64,000 bases of DNA from Candidatus Babelota bacterium (GCA_965658655.1 CBFHTA010000001.1:264722-328721); one strand, 5' to 3'. Numbered from the stretch's first letter, positions 27,990 through 38,557 are shown. The notes: generated by a model not told the origin, from the sequence alone. A program made the numbers and translations.

Positions 27990-28823
27990 ATGAAAAAGAC
28001 GTGTTTTTTGATTTTGGGTTCTTTGCTTTGTTTCCAGCAAAATTTTTCTCGGTCTATGGATTATAAAAATTTGTTTGCCGATCTTAAAAAATATAAAAAA
28101 ACTCGCGGTGGTGCTCATGCGGGACATTTATATGAACATATGGTGTGGGTTAGTAAAGCTATGGATAAGCTTTTTGAGAAGAAGTCTCAATGGGTGGATG
28201 ATTTTGATAATCAAGATCGTAGATTAATGGTTATTGCCGCTTTCATGCACGATATTGGCAAAGCAGGAGATCTTAAATATGAGTATTTCTTAAAACCTTC
28301 TCATCCACGCGATGGCTTTGAATATTTTATAGGTAAAAAACCTTATCTTCTTAATGGTGAGGGAGACACGTATAATTTTGATGCTTGGTGCAAGCATATG
28401 AATTTGCATAGTCAAGATAAAGCAACAGTTGCTGTATTAATTGCTATGCATCAAGAGTTTGGAAAAATACTTTCTCAAATTAAAAAGAATCCAACGCAAA
28501 CGGTTGCGTGTTTTGATGAATTTATAAAGTTGCTTGAAGGTTATTCCTATGAAGCAAATTATAACGGTGGATTTCCTGATCAACGCATTATACGTATGAG
28601 TATGGCTATGACACGCGCTGATCTTGAGGGTATGTTCCCGGTAGATCATCCCATTAAGCAAGCGCCAGAGCTAAAAGATTATCCACAAACATTAAAGGCC
28701 GTTCGTCTTGCATCGGTACAGTTGCTTGATACTGTTGGCTATGCAGCAGCACAGCTTTTATTACAACGATTTAAACATAGAATGTACGCTTATGTTGATA
28801 GTAATAGTTCTAGAAAAGCGTAA
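27990..28823 (+). CDS. HD-domain phosphohydrolase with signal peptide
   Basis: LYEH, AAFMHDIGK, HP..G, AMH, AD..G; AGGAGG RBS. Confidence 0.85.
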   Translation: MKKTCFLILGSLLCFQQNFSRSMDYKNLFADLKKYKKTRGGAHAGHLYEHMVWVSKAMDKLFEKKSQWVDDFDNQDRRLMVIAAFMHDIGKAGDLKYEYFLKPSHPRDGFEYFIGKKPYLLNGEGDTYNFDAWCKHMNLHSQDKATVAVLIAMHQEFGKILSQIKKNPTQTVACFDEFIKLLEGYSYEANYNGGFPDQRIIRMSMAMTRADLEGMFPVDHPIKQAPELKDYPQTLKAVRLASVQLLDTVGYAAAQLLLQRFKHRMYAYVDSNSSRKA

Positions 28824-28827
28824 CTTG

Positions 28828-29109
28828 TTATTTAACTAATGAAAATCTTGGAGCTCCATTCACTAACGATATAAAGTTATCGTAATCCCGAGCCCATTCA
28901 TGTGTTCCATCAGTGTATTGAACAATAGGGCGCTGAGTAAGTACGTTCGTACTTATGCTGTTAATTGTGTAATGAATTTCGGGTTTTTTGTGGTGAGCAA
29001 ATTTCGCTCCAATGGGAACGCGTTGCTTAGCTTCCTTTAGTTCTTGTTGAAGTTGTACAGGATCCTTTTTAGGTGCACGTGTAGCACTGCTTCTATCTTT
29101 TTGAACCAT
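28828..29109 (-). CDS. DUF1653-like small protein
   Basis: F.H.K....Y.I......T....V.Y......WAR....F...V.G..RF pattern. Confidence 0.7.
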   Translation of the reverse strand: MVQKDRSSATRAPKKDPVQLQQELKEAKQRVPIGAKFAHHKKPEIHYTINSISTNVLTQRPIVQYTDGTHEWARDYDNFISLVNGAPRFSLVK

Positions 29110-29140
29110 TTTTTCCTTCCTCTGTAAATAACTGGTGGTT

Positions 29141-29455
29141 CTATTGTATTTCTTTCACTGAAGATTGTTCTTCGTGGTATCGAGCAAGAAGTGGTATTAC
29201 TTTAGAGAGTACAGTGGGTATACTATCTGATTTTTCAAGACCTCCATAATTTTCGGGGAAGCGGTCTTGGCAATCATTTTCTATAAGTAACCAGTTGCTT
29301 AGCGCATTTACATTTATGGGGTATTTTGTTTTAAGTAAATCGGTTACTTCTTTTTCAGTAATTCCATGAGGAGAAACGAATGCTACAATTTGTGCTTTTG
29401 TGTCTGCTGTGTGAATAGAGCAGCTTACAACAAGAAGAGTAATGAGTAATTTCAT
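29141..29455 (-). CDS. Small secreted hypothetical protein
   Basis: MKLLITLLVVSCSIHT signal-like start. Confidence 0.6.
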   Translation of the reverse strand: MKLLITLLVVSCSIHTADTKAQIVAFVSPHGITEKEVTDLLKTKYPINVNALSNWLLIENDCQDRFPENYGGLEKSDSIPTVLSKVIPLLARYHEEQSSVKEIQ

Positions 29456-29579
29456 GTGAAGTTCTCTATTCTTAAAAGGGTTGTTTTGCTCTGATTTTTT
29501 CAATTGTTAGATTGCTTCTTTACTTTAGTGTATGTTACACCTGCTTATGAACGTTTATTCTAACAAAAGGAGTTGTAGT

Positions 29580-30407
29580 GTGAAGAAAATATTATTGTTT
29601 TCACTTTTGTTCTCTAGTTTTATTTCTTCTTCAGGTAAAAAAATTGTGGTTATTGGAGGTGCTTCTGATATTGGTCAAGCATTGGTCAAGAATCTTTTAA
29701 AGAAAGATCATACTGTAGTTGCTGTAGATAACGATCAAGCAATGTTGGCTCACATGCAAAAGCATCATGGAAATAGTTTAATTATCCAACATATCTCTAT
29801 TACTAAAGTGGAAGAAGCACGTGCATCTTTTAAAGATCTTATAGAGAAAATAGGAGGTCTTGATATTTGTATTCTTGCTTGTGCAGTAGCTCCAGAAATC
29901 AGACAATACGGATTGTTGCATGATGGCGATATTCCGTGGAGCGCTTCAAAAGAAACCATAGAGGTAAATGTGCTAGGAACAACGGCATTTGCCAATGTAG
30001 CTTTAAACCATTTTATTGACCAACAGAAAGGTTACTTGGTTGGGATTTCTTCTCTCGATTCGTTAGTTGGTCATCCAGGTTGTCCATGTTATACAGCATC
30101 AAAAGCATTTATGTCTAACTATCTTGGAGCCATGCGCAAAAAATGCTCTCGTCTTAAATTGCATAATATTACACTATGCGATATTCGATGGAGTTTTGTT
30201 CAACAGGTAGAAGACGAGTTGGCTATTGGATGGACAAACGATCCAGACAAAGCGGCTATTGAAATGCTCAAGGCTATCGAACAAAAAAAACAAGTTGCTT
30301 ATATTATGGATCGATGGAGTCTTGCACTCTGGAGTTTGATGGCAATACCGTCTCTTGTTCAAAATGCCCTTAGTGGATTGAGTGTTATTAAAATGTCTTA
30401 TAAATAG
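29580..30407 (+). CDS. SDR family oxidoreductase with N-terminal signal-like segment
   Basis: GGASDIG, VNVLG, ISS, YTASK; GTG start after AGGAG. Confidence 0.88.
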   Translation: MKKILLFSLLFSSFISSSGKKIVVIGGASDIGQALVKNLLKKDHTVVAVDNDQAMLAHMQKHHGNSLIIQHISITKVEEARASFKDLIEKIGGLDICILACAVAPEIRQYGLLHDGDIPWSASKETIEVNVLGTTAFANVALNHFIDQQKGYLVGISSLDSLVGHPGCPCYTASKAFMSNYLGAMRKKCSRLKLHNITLCDIRWSFVQQVEDELAIGWTNDPDKAAIEMLKAIEQKKQVAYIMDRWSLALWSLMAIPSLVQNALSGLSVIKMSYK

Positions 30408-30488
30408 AGTCTTGAGTAGAAATCTTGATTAGAAGGGGCAAACATGCTAAAACCAAAAGATATATCCATAACTTAGTAAGGAGTAACT

Positions 30489-30689
30489 ATGGGAACTTTG
30501 TACCATAACAAAAATATCGGAGCAGCCTTTGTTCTTATGGGCTCTATTTTGCTCATCATGCTTGCAGGTGAATGGGTTATTAAATTGCTTTTTATTTTTC
30601 TGTCACTCATGTGTATTGATTATGGATTACGCTTGATGGGTAATGGATCATTAATGCAAATGGTAAGGCGTTGGTTAAACAGTTTGTGA
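30489..30689 (+). CDS. Small two-TM membrane protein
   Basis: AAGGAG RBS, two hydrophobic segments. Confidence 0.7.
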   Translation: MGTLYHNKNIGAAFVLMGSILLIMLAGEWVIKLLFIFLSLMCIDYGLRLMGNGSLMQMVRRWLNSL

Positions 30690-30712
30690 ACTAAACAAAG
30701 AAAGGAGAGTTC

Positions 30713-31708
30713 ATGGCTAAGTTTTCTATAAAAAATGCGTTGGTGTATGGCTTTAGTGCCTATGCAAAGCATTTTATGCTTCTCGTAGCGATTGGATTAA
30801 CATTTGGAGCGGTCCAATGGGGATTAACTGGAGTTCCGAATCTTGTTAAGGAACAACTAGGAATAAAATCTCATGTAGCATCTGTAAATCTAGGTAAAAA
30901 AATGGGCCCTAAGGCTGCAATGGCTCATGGCGCAATGCGTAAATCACCAGTTCAAATGGGTGCTGCGGGTTCTAAAACAGCACAGATTCACCATCATCTT
31001 TTAGAAACAGGTCGCATAATACATCATACACTTGCACACAAAGCATATGGGTACATGGATAATGATCCAGGCCAATTATTTGTATTATTCTTGGTTTGGT
31101 TGGCAATATTTTGTCTGTGGGTATTTTTGTCTATGGGGCTTATTCGAGTATCGCTTGATATTGTAGATAAAGACACGAGTTCTTACGAGCGACTCTTCTC
31201 TCAAAGAGCACAATTTTTCCCATTCTTAGGAGTGTGGGTTGTATTTGCTCTTTTATGGTTTGTTATATTCTTAGGCTCTATTTTAGCGGGTGTTGTTATT
31301 GGTGGGTTGCTTGCAATTCCATTGGTTTACATCTTCTCAGATGCAGGAGCAATGATTAGTGGTCTTGTTGGATTTGTTGCGGGTATGGTAGTGTACATTA
31401 AGTTTATCATGCGTTACTTCTTCTCTACTTTCTGTTTAATAGACAAAAAGCAAGGTATCCACAAAGCATTTAGCTGTACCTATGAGATAACCAAAGGTTC
31501 AGTGCTTCGTTTATTAGTTCTTGGAATCATATTGAGTATTCCATTTATCTTTACAAGTGGCAGTGTTCATTTGCATGCACGTTTAGGAAACATGGTTGCT
31601 AATGACAGTTATCATGCAGGTATAATTGCAAAACTTATACTTGGTGTCTTTGTGGTATGGTATTCATTGTGTATTTCATATGTGTACAGAAAGTTGAGCA
31701 AGAAATAA
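30713..31708 (+). CDS. Multi-pass membrane protein (DUF975/YciC-like)
   Basis: Several TM helices, RY.F..F.LID...GI..AF..TY.ITKG pattern. Confidence 0.7.
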   Translation: MAKFSIKNALVYGFSAYAKHFMLLVAIGLTFGAVQWGLTGVPNLVKEQLGIKSHVASVNLGKKMGPKAAMAHGAMRKSPVQMGAAGSKTAQIHHHLLETGRIIHHTLAHKAYGYMDNDPGQLFVLFLVWLAIFCLWVFLSMGLIRVSLDIVDKDTSSYERLFSQRAQFFPFLGVWVVFALLWFVIFLGSILAGVVIGGLLAIPLVYIFSDAGAMISGLVGFVAGMVVYIKFIMRYFFSTFCLIDKKQGIHKAFSCTYEITKGSVLRLLVLGIILSIPFIFTSGSVHLHARLGNMVANDSYHAGIIAKLILGVFVVWYSLCISYVYRKLSKK

Positions 31709-33472
31709 TTAAAGCTTACGCTTAAATTTCTTTTCGACACTTAAAGTATCTAACAACCAACTGGTTGGGCGGCCGTGAGGGCACGAAAATCGGTTGGTTG
31801 TTTTATTTAGATCACGTAATAGTTGTTCTATTTTTTCTGTTGATAGTACATCACCTGCTTTAACAGCAGATTTACATGCCATTTGAGCACGTAGTCGTTC
31901 GGTAATTGTTTTAAAGAAAGCGTCTTTATCTGTTTCATCTGTATCTCTAATGGTACTCAATACTTCTTGAATGAGTTCATGCATATCAATATGTTTGGCG
32001 TACACAGGGGTAGACTTAACCGTTATTTGATGTTCTCCAAAAGTTTCGATCTCAATGCCATGATCAACAAAAACGTTTAAGTGTGGCATTAATGTTTCAA
32101 AATCTTGAGCTGTTAAAGTGACGACTTGTGGAAATAAGAGTGCAATTGTTTCTTGATTGTTAAATCGTTTAATAAATTGTTCGTATAAAACGCGTTCATG
32201 CGCAGCATGCTGATCGATAATAAATAATCCATCAGGATGTTCTAATAATAAGTAGGTATTTTTAAATTGACCAATAAGTCGGTAGGGATACGATTCAACT
32301 TCTTGTTGAGTTACACTTTCTATTGGCGTTTGAGTTGGTTGTGCTACTTCAGGTTCACTGGTTGGAAACGGTAGGGTAGAAAGGTCGGGGAACACGGAAC
32401 GTGATGGTGGTTCGTATGTGGAGGTAAAGATGGGTGTTGCTGGTTGTTCTGCTAATGTGACGGTCTTTTTTAATTGGCTAGATAGGTGTTGTTCTAGTGT
32501 TGTCTTAACCGATTGAGTGAGGGCCATTTCTACAATGCGTGGATTTAAAAAGAGCACTTCTTCTTTTTTAGGATGAATATTAATATCAACTGTTTTTGGG
32601 TCTATGGTGATGTTTACAACTGCAATAGGAAATTTACCTGGTTGCAGTACATTTAAATATCCTTTGGTAATTGCAGTACTAAGTTTATAGTTTTTAACCC
32701 ATCGTCCGTTTACAAAAAAGAACAGGCCGCCTCGGTCGTACCGCGCATAATGTGGCCCTGTCATAGCACCAGAAATAGTTATGTTCTTTTTAGCGCTTGG
32801 AGATAAAGCCAGAGTATGGTTACTCACTTGTGTATCAAATAGTTGTGCAATACGCTCTTCAACAGTTTTTACGGGAGGACAATTATAAATAATTGAACCT
32901 TCATGAGAGAGCGTGAAATGTACGTTTAGGTTACTAAAACAGAACGCTTTAAAAAGTGCAGAATTATGGTTCCATTCAGTGGTTGTTGTTTTTAAAAACT
33001 TCTTGCGAGCCGGTACGTTGTAAAATAGGTTCTCAATAGTAACGGTTGTTCCACGCTGCAAAGCAATAACTTGTTCTTGTTTGATCATGCCTTGGTCGAG
33101 TGTTAACTGTAGACCTTCGCTGGAACTTTTATGTTTTGTTTTGAGTGTTACTTGTGCAATTGAGCAAATGCTTGCTAGTGCTTCTCCGCGAAATCCAAAA
33201 GTTTTAATAGACTCAAGGTCATCGAAAGATGCTAACTTGCTTGTGGTATGGCGTTGAAAACAAATTCGTGCATCTTGCGTAAGCATACCGTTACCATTAT
33301 CGGAAATACTAATAAATTTTTTCCCGCCTTCTTCTAATGCAACTGTAATTCGTGTGGCATCTGCATCAAGACTGTTTTCTATGAGTTCTTTAACGATATT
33401 TGCAGGGCGTTCTACTACTTCACCCGCGGCAATTTTTTGAGCTTCATGAGCAGGAAGTTTTTGAATAATCAT
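31709..33472 (-). CDS. mutL: DNA mismatch repair endonuclease MutL
   Basis: IAAGEVVERPA, GFRGEAL, DQHAAHER, ACK, CPHGRP. Confidence 0.98.
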   Translation of the reverse strand: MIIQKLPAHEAQKIAAGEVVERPANIVKELIENSLDADATRITVALEEGGKKFISISDNGNGMLTQDARICFQRHTTSKLASFDDLESIKTFGFRGEALASICSIAQVTLKTKHKSSSEGLQLTLDQGMIKQEQVIALQRGTTVTIENLFYNVPARKKFLKTTTTEWNHNSALFKAFCFSNLNVHFTLSHEGSIIYNCPPVKTVEERIAQLFDTQVSNHTLALSPSAKKNITISGAMTGPHYARYDRGGLFFFVNGRWVKNYKLSTAITKGYLNVLQPGKFPIAVVNITIDPKTVDINIHPKKEEVLFLNPRIVEMALTQSVKTTLEQHLSSQLKKTVTLAEQPATPIFTSTYEPPSRSVFPDLSTLPFPTSEPEVAQPTQTPIESVTQQEVESYPYRLIGQFKNTYLLLEHPDGLFIIDQHAAHERVLYEQFIKRFNNQETIALLFPQVVTLTAQDFETLMPHLNVFVDHGIEIETFGEHQITVKSTPVYAKHIDMHELIQEVLSTIRDTDETDKDAFFKTITERLRAQMACKSAVKAGDVLSTEKIEQLLRDLNKTTNRFSCPHGRPTSWLLDTLSVEKKFKRKL

Positions 33473-33573
33473 AGTCTATTGTTCTAGTTTGTTTTATTTA
33501 GCAGAGCAGTATTTATTTTTACGAGTAAAGGAATCTGTGATGCTTTTAAAATATCTTCACTAGGATACTTCTT

Positions 33574-34401
33574 TCAGAAGGTGATGGCAAATCCAAAGCG
33601 GACTATATGGCCATGCAATCGAATCTTTGGTTCAACTGGTAAATAAATACTATCTACATCTTCGAGTAAGAGTTGATCATGAAAGATTTGGCTTGCGTTT
33701 GGGTCAGGTGTAGTAATGATAACGCGTTTTTTTAATGCGATATTTCCCATAAAGAAAGAATACCCAAAGGAAAAAATTCGGTTTCCTTTGCCACCGAAAA
33801 GAAGGGTGGTTCCAAATTCCCCAGCTGCATGCTTTTTGTGTGGCTCTAAGTCTTGTCCTGTATAGCTTGCTGTATCTTTTTCCCACCACCTGAATCGTTC
33901 AACTCCTCTGATGCCAATAGTAGGGGCAATCCATACAGATAATGAGAATCGTGTTTGTTGTACTAACCATTCTGCAAAAGGTGCAATGCGAATACTTTTT
34001 ATATCTTGATGTACTTCTAAGCTTGCTTGTGTTTCATCATGGTCAAAATAGTCTGTTTTTATTGCATTGTTACGTTTTGCAAAATTAAATTTTGCTCCAA
34101 TATAAAGAGCAGTTGGTCGTTCAGATTGCCAAAATTTTCGCTTAAGAGAAAAAGAAAATCCTGGTACGGTAGCACTTTGATTATTTTTTATAAAATCTTT
34201 ATTGCTACTAACATCAAGAATGGTGCGATCTGGACAGTGCCACCAACTTAAAGTTGGCCCAGCATTAATAACAATGTTAGGAGAGACTGCGGTTTCCATT
34301 GTTGGTTGATTGTGTTCCGGTAGACGATAGGGGCCTAGAAAAGCTAAGGTACTATAAAGAGACAAAGGGATAGTACATAAAAGTAATAATTTTTTTTTCA
34401 T
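33574..34401 (-). CDS. Putative outer-membrane beta-barrel protein
   Basis: Signal peptide, alternating beta-strand pattern, C-terminal HIVRFGFAITF; starts 2 bp after the LRR gene stop. Confidence 0.7.
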   Translation of the reverse strand: MKKKLLLLCTIPLSLYSTLAFLGPYRLPEHNQPTMETAVSPNIVINAGPTLSWWHCPDRTILDVSSNKDFIKNNQSATVPGFSFSLKRKFWQSERPTALYIGAKFNFAKRNNAIKTDYFDHDETQASLEVHQDIKSIRIAPFAEWLVQQTRFSLSVWIAPTIGIRGVERFRWWEKDTASYTGQDLEPHKKHAAGEFGTTLLFGGKGNRIFSFGYSFFMGNIALKKRVIITTPDPNASQIFHDQLLLEDVDSIYLPVEPKIRLHGHIVRFGFAITF

Positions 34402-34403
34402 TT

Positions 34404-36179
34404 TTATTCTCCTGGAGGGCTTAGAATTCCTAAGCTTTTATTTTGTATTTTTACTATTTCTGCGTATGTTTTCATTTTTACCGGAGTAGTGAGCGATAAA
34501 TTTTTTCTTAGAATTCTCTTTAGCTGCTCTTTGGTTGCACCATTAATTAAAGTAGTTTTGTCAGCTCCTGAAGGCATTGCATTAACTAAACCTGAATTAG
34601 CAAGCTTAATAAGACCATTTACTGTAATAGCATCGAAAGCACACCAAGGAATACTGGTTAATGCAGTGCTGTTTTCAAGGTAAATATCACCAGTAATTTG
34701 CATATTGTAAAAGGCAAGAGGTTCGATTTCAGTAAGGGCAGTATTATTGTCTATGCGTAAATCATTTCCTACAGTAGCTCCTTTAAAGAGTTTATTTGTG
34801 ACCTTTGTAATGTTTGTGTTGTCTATTCTTAAATCGTTACTTACGGTAGCAGACTTAAAAGCTTCTTGTTTGAGAGAAGTAATAGCGGTGTTGTCTAGTC
34901 GAATATCTCCAGTTGTGGACTGTTCAGAGAAAAAATCAGTAATAATAGCATCATCCACCGAAGTTAGACTTGTATTTCCAGTTAAGCTTATTGTTCCACC
35001 AATAGTTCCTCCGCTAAATGCTGTAGCGCTAAGGCTTGTAAGATTTGTATTGCTTTGCATTTGTAGATCACCTGTTACTGTAATCCTATTAAAAGCACTT
35101 GCGGCAATAGTCGTAAGGTTGCTGTTGTTATTAAGTTGTAAATTTCCAGAGACAGTTAATCCACTAAAGGCATTTGCCCCAATAGTTGTGATTCCAAGAT
35201 TATTTAATAAAAGATTCCCTCCTACAGTTAATCCATTAAGAGCATCAGTAGGAATACTCGTAAGAGAAGTATTGCCATCTAGTCGTAAATTGCCTGTAAG
35301 CGAAAGTCCACTAAATGCATCAGTCGAAATAGTAGTAATACCAGTATTATCTTGAAGTTCGAGATTTTCTAGGTTTGGAAATGTTGCAAAAATATCTGCA
35401 GGTATACTCGTTAAGTCGGTATTGCCACCGAGTTTAAGCGTGGTTATTGCAGATTTGTCTATTCCGTCAAGTGATCCATCGAGTCCTGTAAGTTCTTCAA
35501 GGACGCTTTGACCAGCAGCAATGAGTGTAGACCCTGATAAATCGAGTGTTGTGCCACTATCTTGCAAGTAAGTAGCGCTGCTTAAATCTACAGCTGCAGC
35601 AAGTGTAGTAACAGTTTGGGTGCCAGATGTAGAATCAAAAAGAGCTATTCTCGGATAGTCTCGTGCTGTAGCATCATAATACGATGTCCAATTGTCATCA
35701 CTTCCTCCATAAGCTTCTAGAGTTTTTTTAATGTTCCAACTTCCAGAAGCAGTTACCTCTGTTGAGCTGGTTCTTGTATAGTAATGATTTGCTATATTAA
35801 TCGTGGGTCTTATCTCAATCCAATAAGTTCCAGTAGATGGAATTGTTATTGATCCTGTATAGGTTGCGAGCCCTCCATCTCTAGAGTCATAAGCTAAAAC
35901 ACTTCCTAGGTCTGTTCCTACCGTGCCTGCAGAATCTGTGTGTATTCGTATTTCCGTATATTGAATATAGGTAGTTGAAGAAGCGGAGTGTTGGACCTGG
36001 GCACTTGTTATTGTAGTTGCTGATCCTGCTGTAAACTGGTGGGCGTAACGAACATTTCCTCTGATTAGCAAAGTAGAGTTTTGAGCTTCATCAATATTAC
36101 TTAAAAGTGTTATACCTAAAAGGTTTATTGGTAGAATAAATAAAAATGTTAGTAACCTTATATAATGGTTAATTTTCAT
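34404..36179 (-). CDS. Secreted BspA-like leucine-rich-repeat protein with N-terminal beta domain (LRR-1)
   Basis: Signal peptide MKINHYIRLLTFLFILPINLLG; ~25-aa repeats LRLDGNTSLTSIP..AF.GLTV.G. Confidence 0.88.
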   Translation of the reverse strand: MKINHYIRLLTFLFILPINLLGITLLSNIDEAQNSTLLIRGNVRYAHQFTAGSATTITSAQVQHSASSTTYIQYTEIRIHTDSAGTVGTDLGSVLAYDSRDGGLATYTGSITIPSTGTYWIEIRPTINIANHYYTRTSSTEVTASGSWNIKKTLEAYGGSDDNWTSYYDATARDYPRIALFDSTSGTQTVTTLAAAVDLSSATYLQDSGTTLDLSGSTLIAAGQSVLEELTGLDGSLDGIDKSAITTLKLGGNTDLTSIPADIFATFPNLENLELQDNTGITTISTDAFSGLSLTGNLRLDGNTSLTSIPTDALNGLTVGGNLLLNNLGITTIGANAFSGLTVSGNLQLNNNSNLTTIAASAFNRITVTGDLQMQSNTNLTSLSATAFSGGTIGGTISLTGNTSLTSVDDAIITDFFSEQSTTGDIRLDNTAITSLKQEAFKSATVSNDLRIDNTNITKVTNKLFKGATVGNDLRIDNNTALTEIEPLAFYNMQITGDIYLENSTALTSIPWCAFDAITVNGLIKLANSGLVNAMPSGADKTTLINGATKEQLKRILRKNLSLTTPVKMKTYAEIVKIQNKSLGILSPPGE

Positions 36180-36280
36180 ATGTTTTCCTTTTTCTATAAA
36201 GAAAAATGTCAATTTAAAAAAGAAGTATTTAACGGTTTGCTTTCTTAGTAGATATTTTGGTGCAGTTGTTTTTGCATTTT

Positions 36281-38497
36281 TTATCCTGCAGCTCCTAAAC
36301 TTTTATTCTGTAATTTTAAAATTTCAGCATACTCTTTCAGCTTTACTGGAGCTGCAAGTGAAGGATTTTTCCTTAAAATTGCTTTGATTTGTTCTTTGGT
36401 TGCGCCATTGGTTAAGGTTGTTTTATCTGCTCCTGCAGTCATTGCATTTACAAGACCAGAGTTAGCAAGTTTGATAATGCCGTTTACCGCTACAGCATCA
36501 AAAGCACACCAAGGGATTCGGGTTAAGGCAGTGGTGTTTTCTAAGTCAATGTCTCCTGTAACTTGCATATTATAAAAGGCTTTCGGTTCTATTTCTGTCA
36601 ATGCTGCGTTAGAAGCTAAAGATAACTCATTGCCTACAATAGTGTCCTTGAATGTTTCGTTAGAAAGTTTTGTGATACCCGTACTATCCATTCTTAAATT
36701 GTTAGTTATGTTAGCTTTTTGAAAAGCAGTAATAGGAACCGTAGTGAGTGCAGCATTATTGTCTACTCTTAAGTCATTGCTTACTAGTGTCTCTTTGAAT
36801 GCACTTTCTTCTAGATTTGTTAATCCTGTGCTATCTAAGCGGATATCTCCTGTGATAGATATTCCCTTAAAGAAAGTATTTAAAATAGTACTGGGTATTG
36901 TCTCTAAAGAGCTGTTTCCTGTTAAACTTAAACTACCCGTAAGGTTTACTCCTTCAAATGCATTTTCGTTAAGGGTGGTTAACGCGGTGTTTCCTGTTAC
37001 TTCTAAATCTCCAGTGACGGTAAGACCGTTAAACGCATTTTCGCCAATGCTCGTTAAAGAGGCATTATTATTTATTTTTACATTTCCAGAGACCGTTGCT
37101 CCATTGAAAGCATTTTCAGATAATGAGGTAAGCCCTGTATTTTGTACTTCTAAGTCAGTATTAATGGTGGTAGTTTCAAAACCGTTGGTTGGTAGCGTGG
37201 CTAATGCAGAGTTATCGTCTAGACATAATGTTCCAAAAGTTGCGCCATTAAAAGCATTTGTAGCGATAGTTTCTAAAGCAGTGTTCCCATCAAGGCGTGT
37301 GGTGCCTGTGACTTCAATTCCATTAAAAGCATTTTCTGGAAGTGTTGTGAGGCCAGTATTACCATTAAGTTGTAAGTTTCCGCCTACTGTTAGTCCATTA
37401 AAGGTGTTTGCAGGAATTGTTGTAAGAGCAGTGTTGCCATCAATGCGTAAATTTCCTGTTATTGTTAATCCCGTAAAGGCTCCAGAAGCAATTGTTGTAA
37501 GAGAAGTATTGCTATCAATGCGTAATGTTCCCGAAACAGTAAGTCCATTCAAGCCGTTTTCTGGGAGTGTTGTTAAACTTGTATTCGCATCTAAACGTAA
37601 ATCGGTAACCGTTAAATTATTAAATGCATCTGCTGTAATAGTTGTTAATCCAGTATTTCCATGGAGCTCTAATGTTTCTAAATGAGTAAAAGTGGCAAAT
37701 ATGTCTGCAGGAATGGTCGTTAAACTTGTATTTCCGCCAAGTTTAAGAGTGGTAACTGCTGTTTTATCAATGCCATCAAGAGATCCATCTAATCCTGTTA
37801 ACTCTTCAAGAGCATTTTGACCTTGATCGCTTATTGTAGAACCAGAAAGATCAAGCGTGGTTCCATTGTCAGTAAGCCACGGAGAAGCACTTAAATCGAC
37901 AGCTGCAGCTAGAGTGGTTATGGTTTGGGTGTCTGGAACAACATTACTTGTACCTTGTAATGAAAATTTTGGATATTGGTAAGGGGTTCCTGTAAAATAG
38001 TTCCAAGTGCTTGAGTCACTTCCACTTGCTATTTTATCTTTTTTAACTGTCCATCCTTCGGCGCTCCCTGTGGCAGAAGTAGAAGCTGTTGTTGTGTAGT
38101 AATGATTTGCAATTGCTGCTGTTGGATAAATTTCGAACCAGTAGGTTCCTGCAGCTGGTATTTCTACTTCACCGCTGTATGTTATGACATTGCTTCCATC
38201 AATTGACACATAAGAAAGTGTCCCTAAGAGCGATCCGACTGTGTCGTCTGAGTCGCTATGAATTCTAATGGCTGTTGAGGAAGGGTATTTTTGTGCCCCA
38301 GAAACTTGGCTCTGTGCGGTTGTGATAGTTGCAGCGCTTCCTGCTGTAAATTGATGAGCGTAACGAACATTGCTTCGTACTATCCAAGAGGTGGTTTGTC
38401 CTGTTGTTTCATTCATGTTGGTAAAAAGTGTTTCACACTAAAGTTGTTGAAACACAAAGAGCATGCTTAAAGATAGTAAACTTTTCCAGGGCTTCAT
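36281..38497 (-). pseudogene. Paralogous LRR protein (LRR-2) with in-frame TAG inside its signal peptide
   Basis: AAGGAG RBS and ATG at 38497 give MKPWKSLLSLSMLFVFQQL*CETLFTNMNETT, in frame with the intact 711-aa ORF 36281..38416. Confidence 0.75.
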
Positions 38498-38557
38498 AGA
38501 TTCTCCTTTTTTATAAAGAAAAAATTAGCAGCTCATAGAAAGAGATTCAAGATTTGA

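Noticed and set aside
24736..31708. tRNA-anchored integrative element
   Set aside because: No integrase and no duplicated tRNA 3' end found by eye.
36744..37685. Long plus-strand ORFs (313 aa here, 202 aa at 34747-35355) opposite the LRR genes
   Set aside because: Antisense shadows of repetitive codon usage; no RBS or recognisable protein features.
38438..38440. Stop-codon reassignment (TAG or TGA read-through)
   Set aside because: Conserved genes end at TAG (pgeF, hisS) and TGA (galE, mgtE) at the expected positions.
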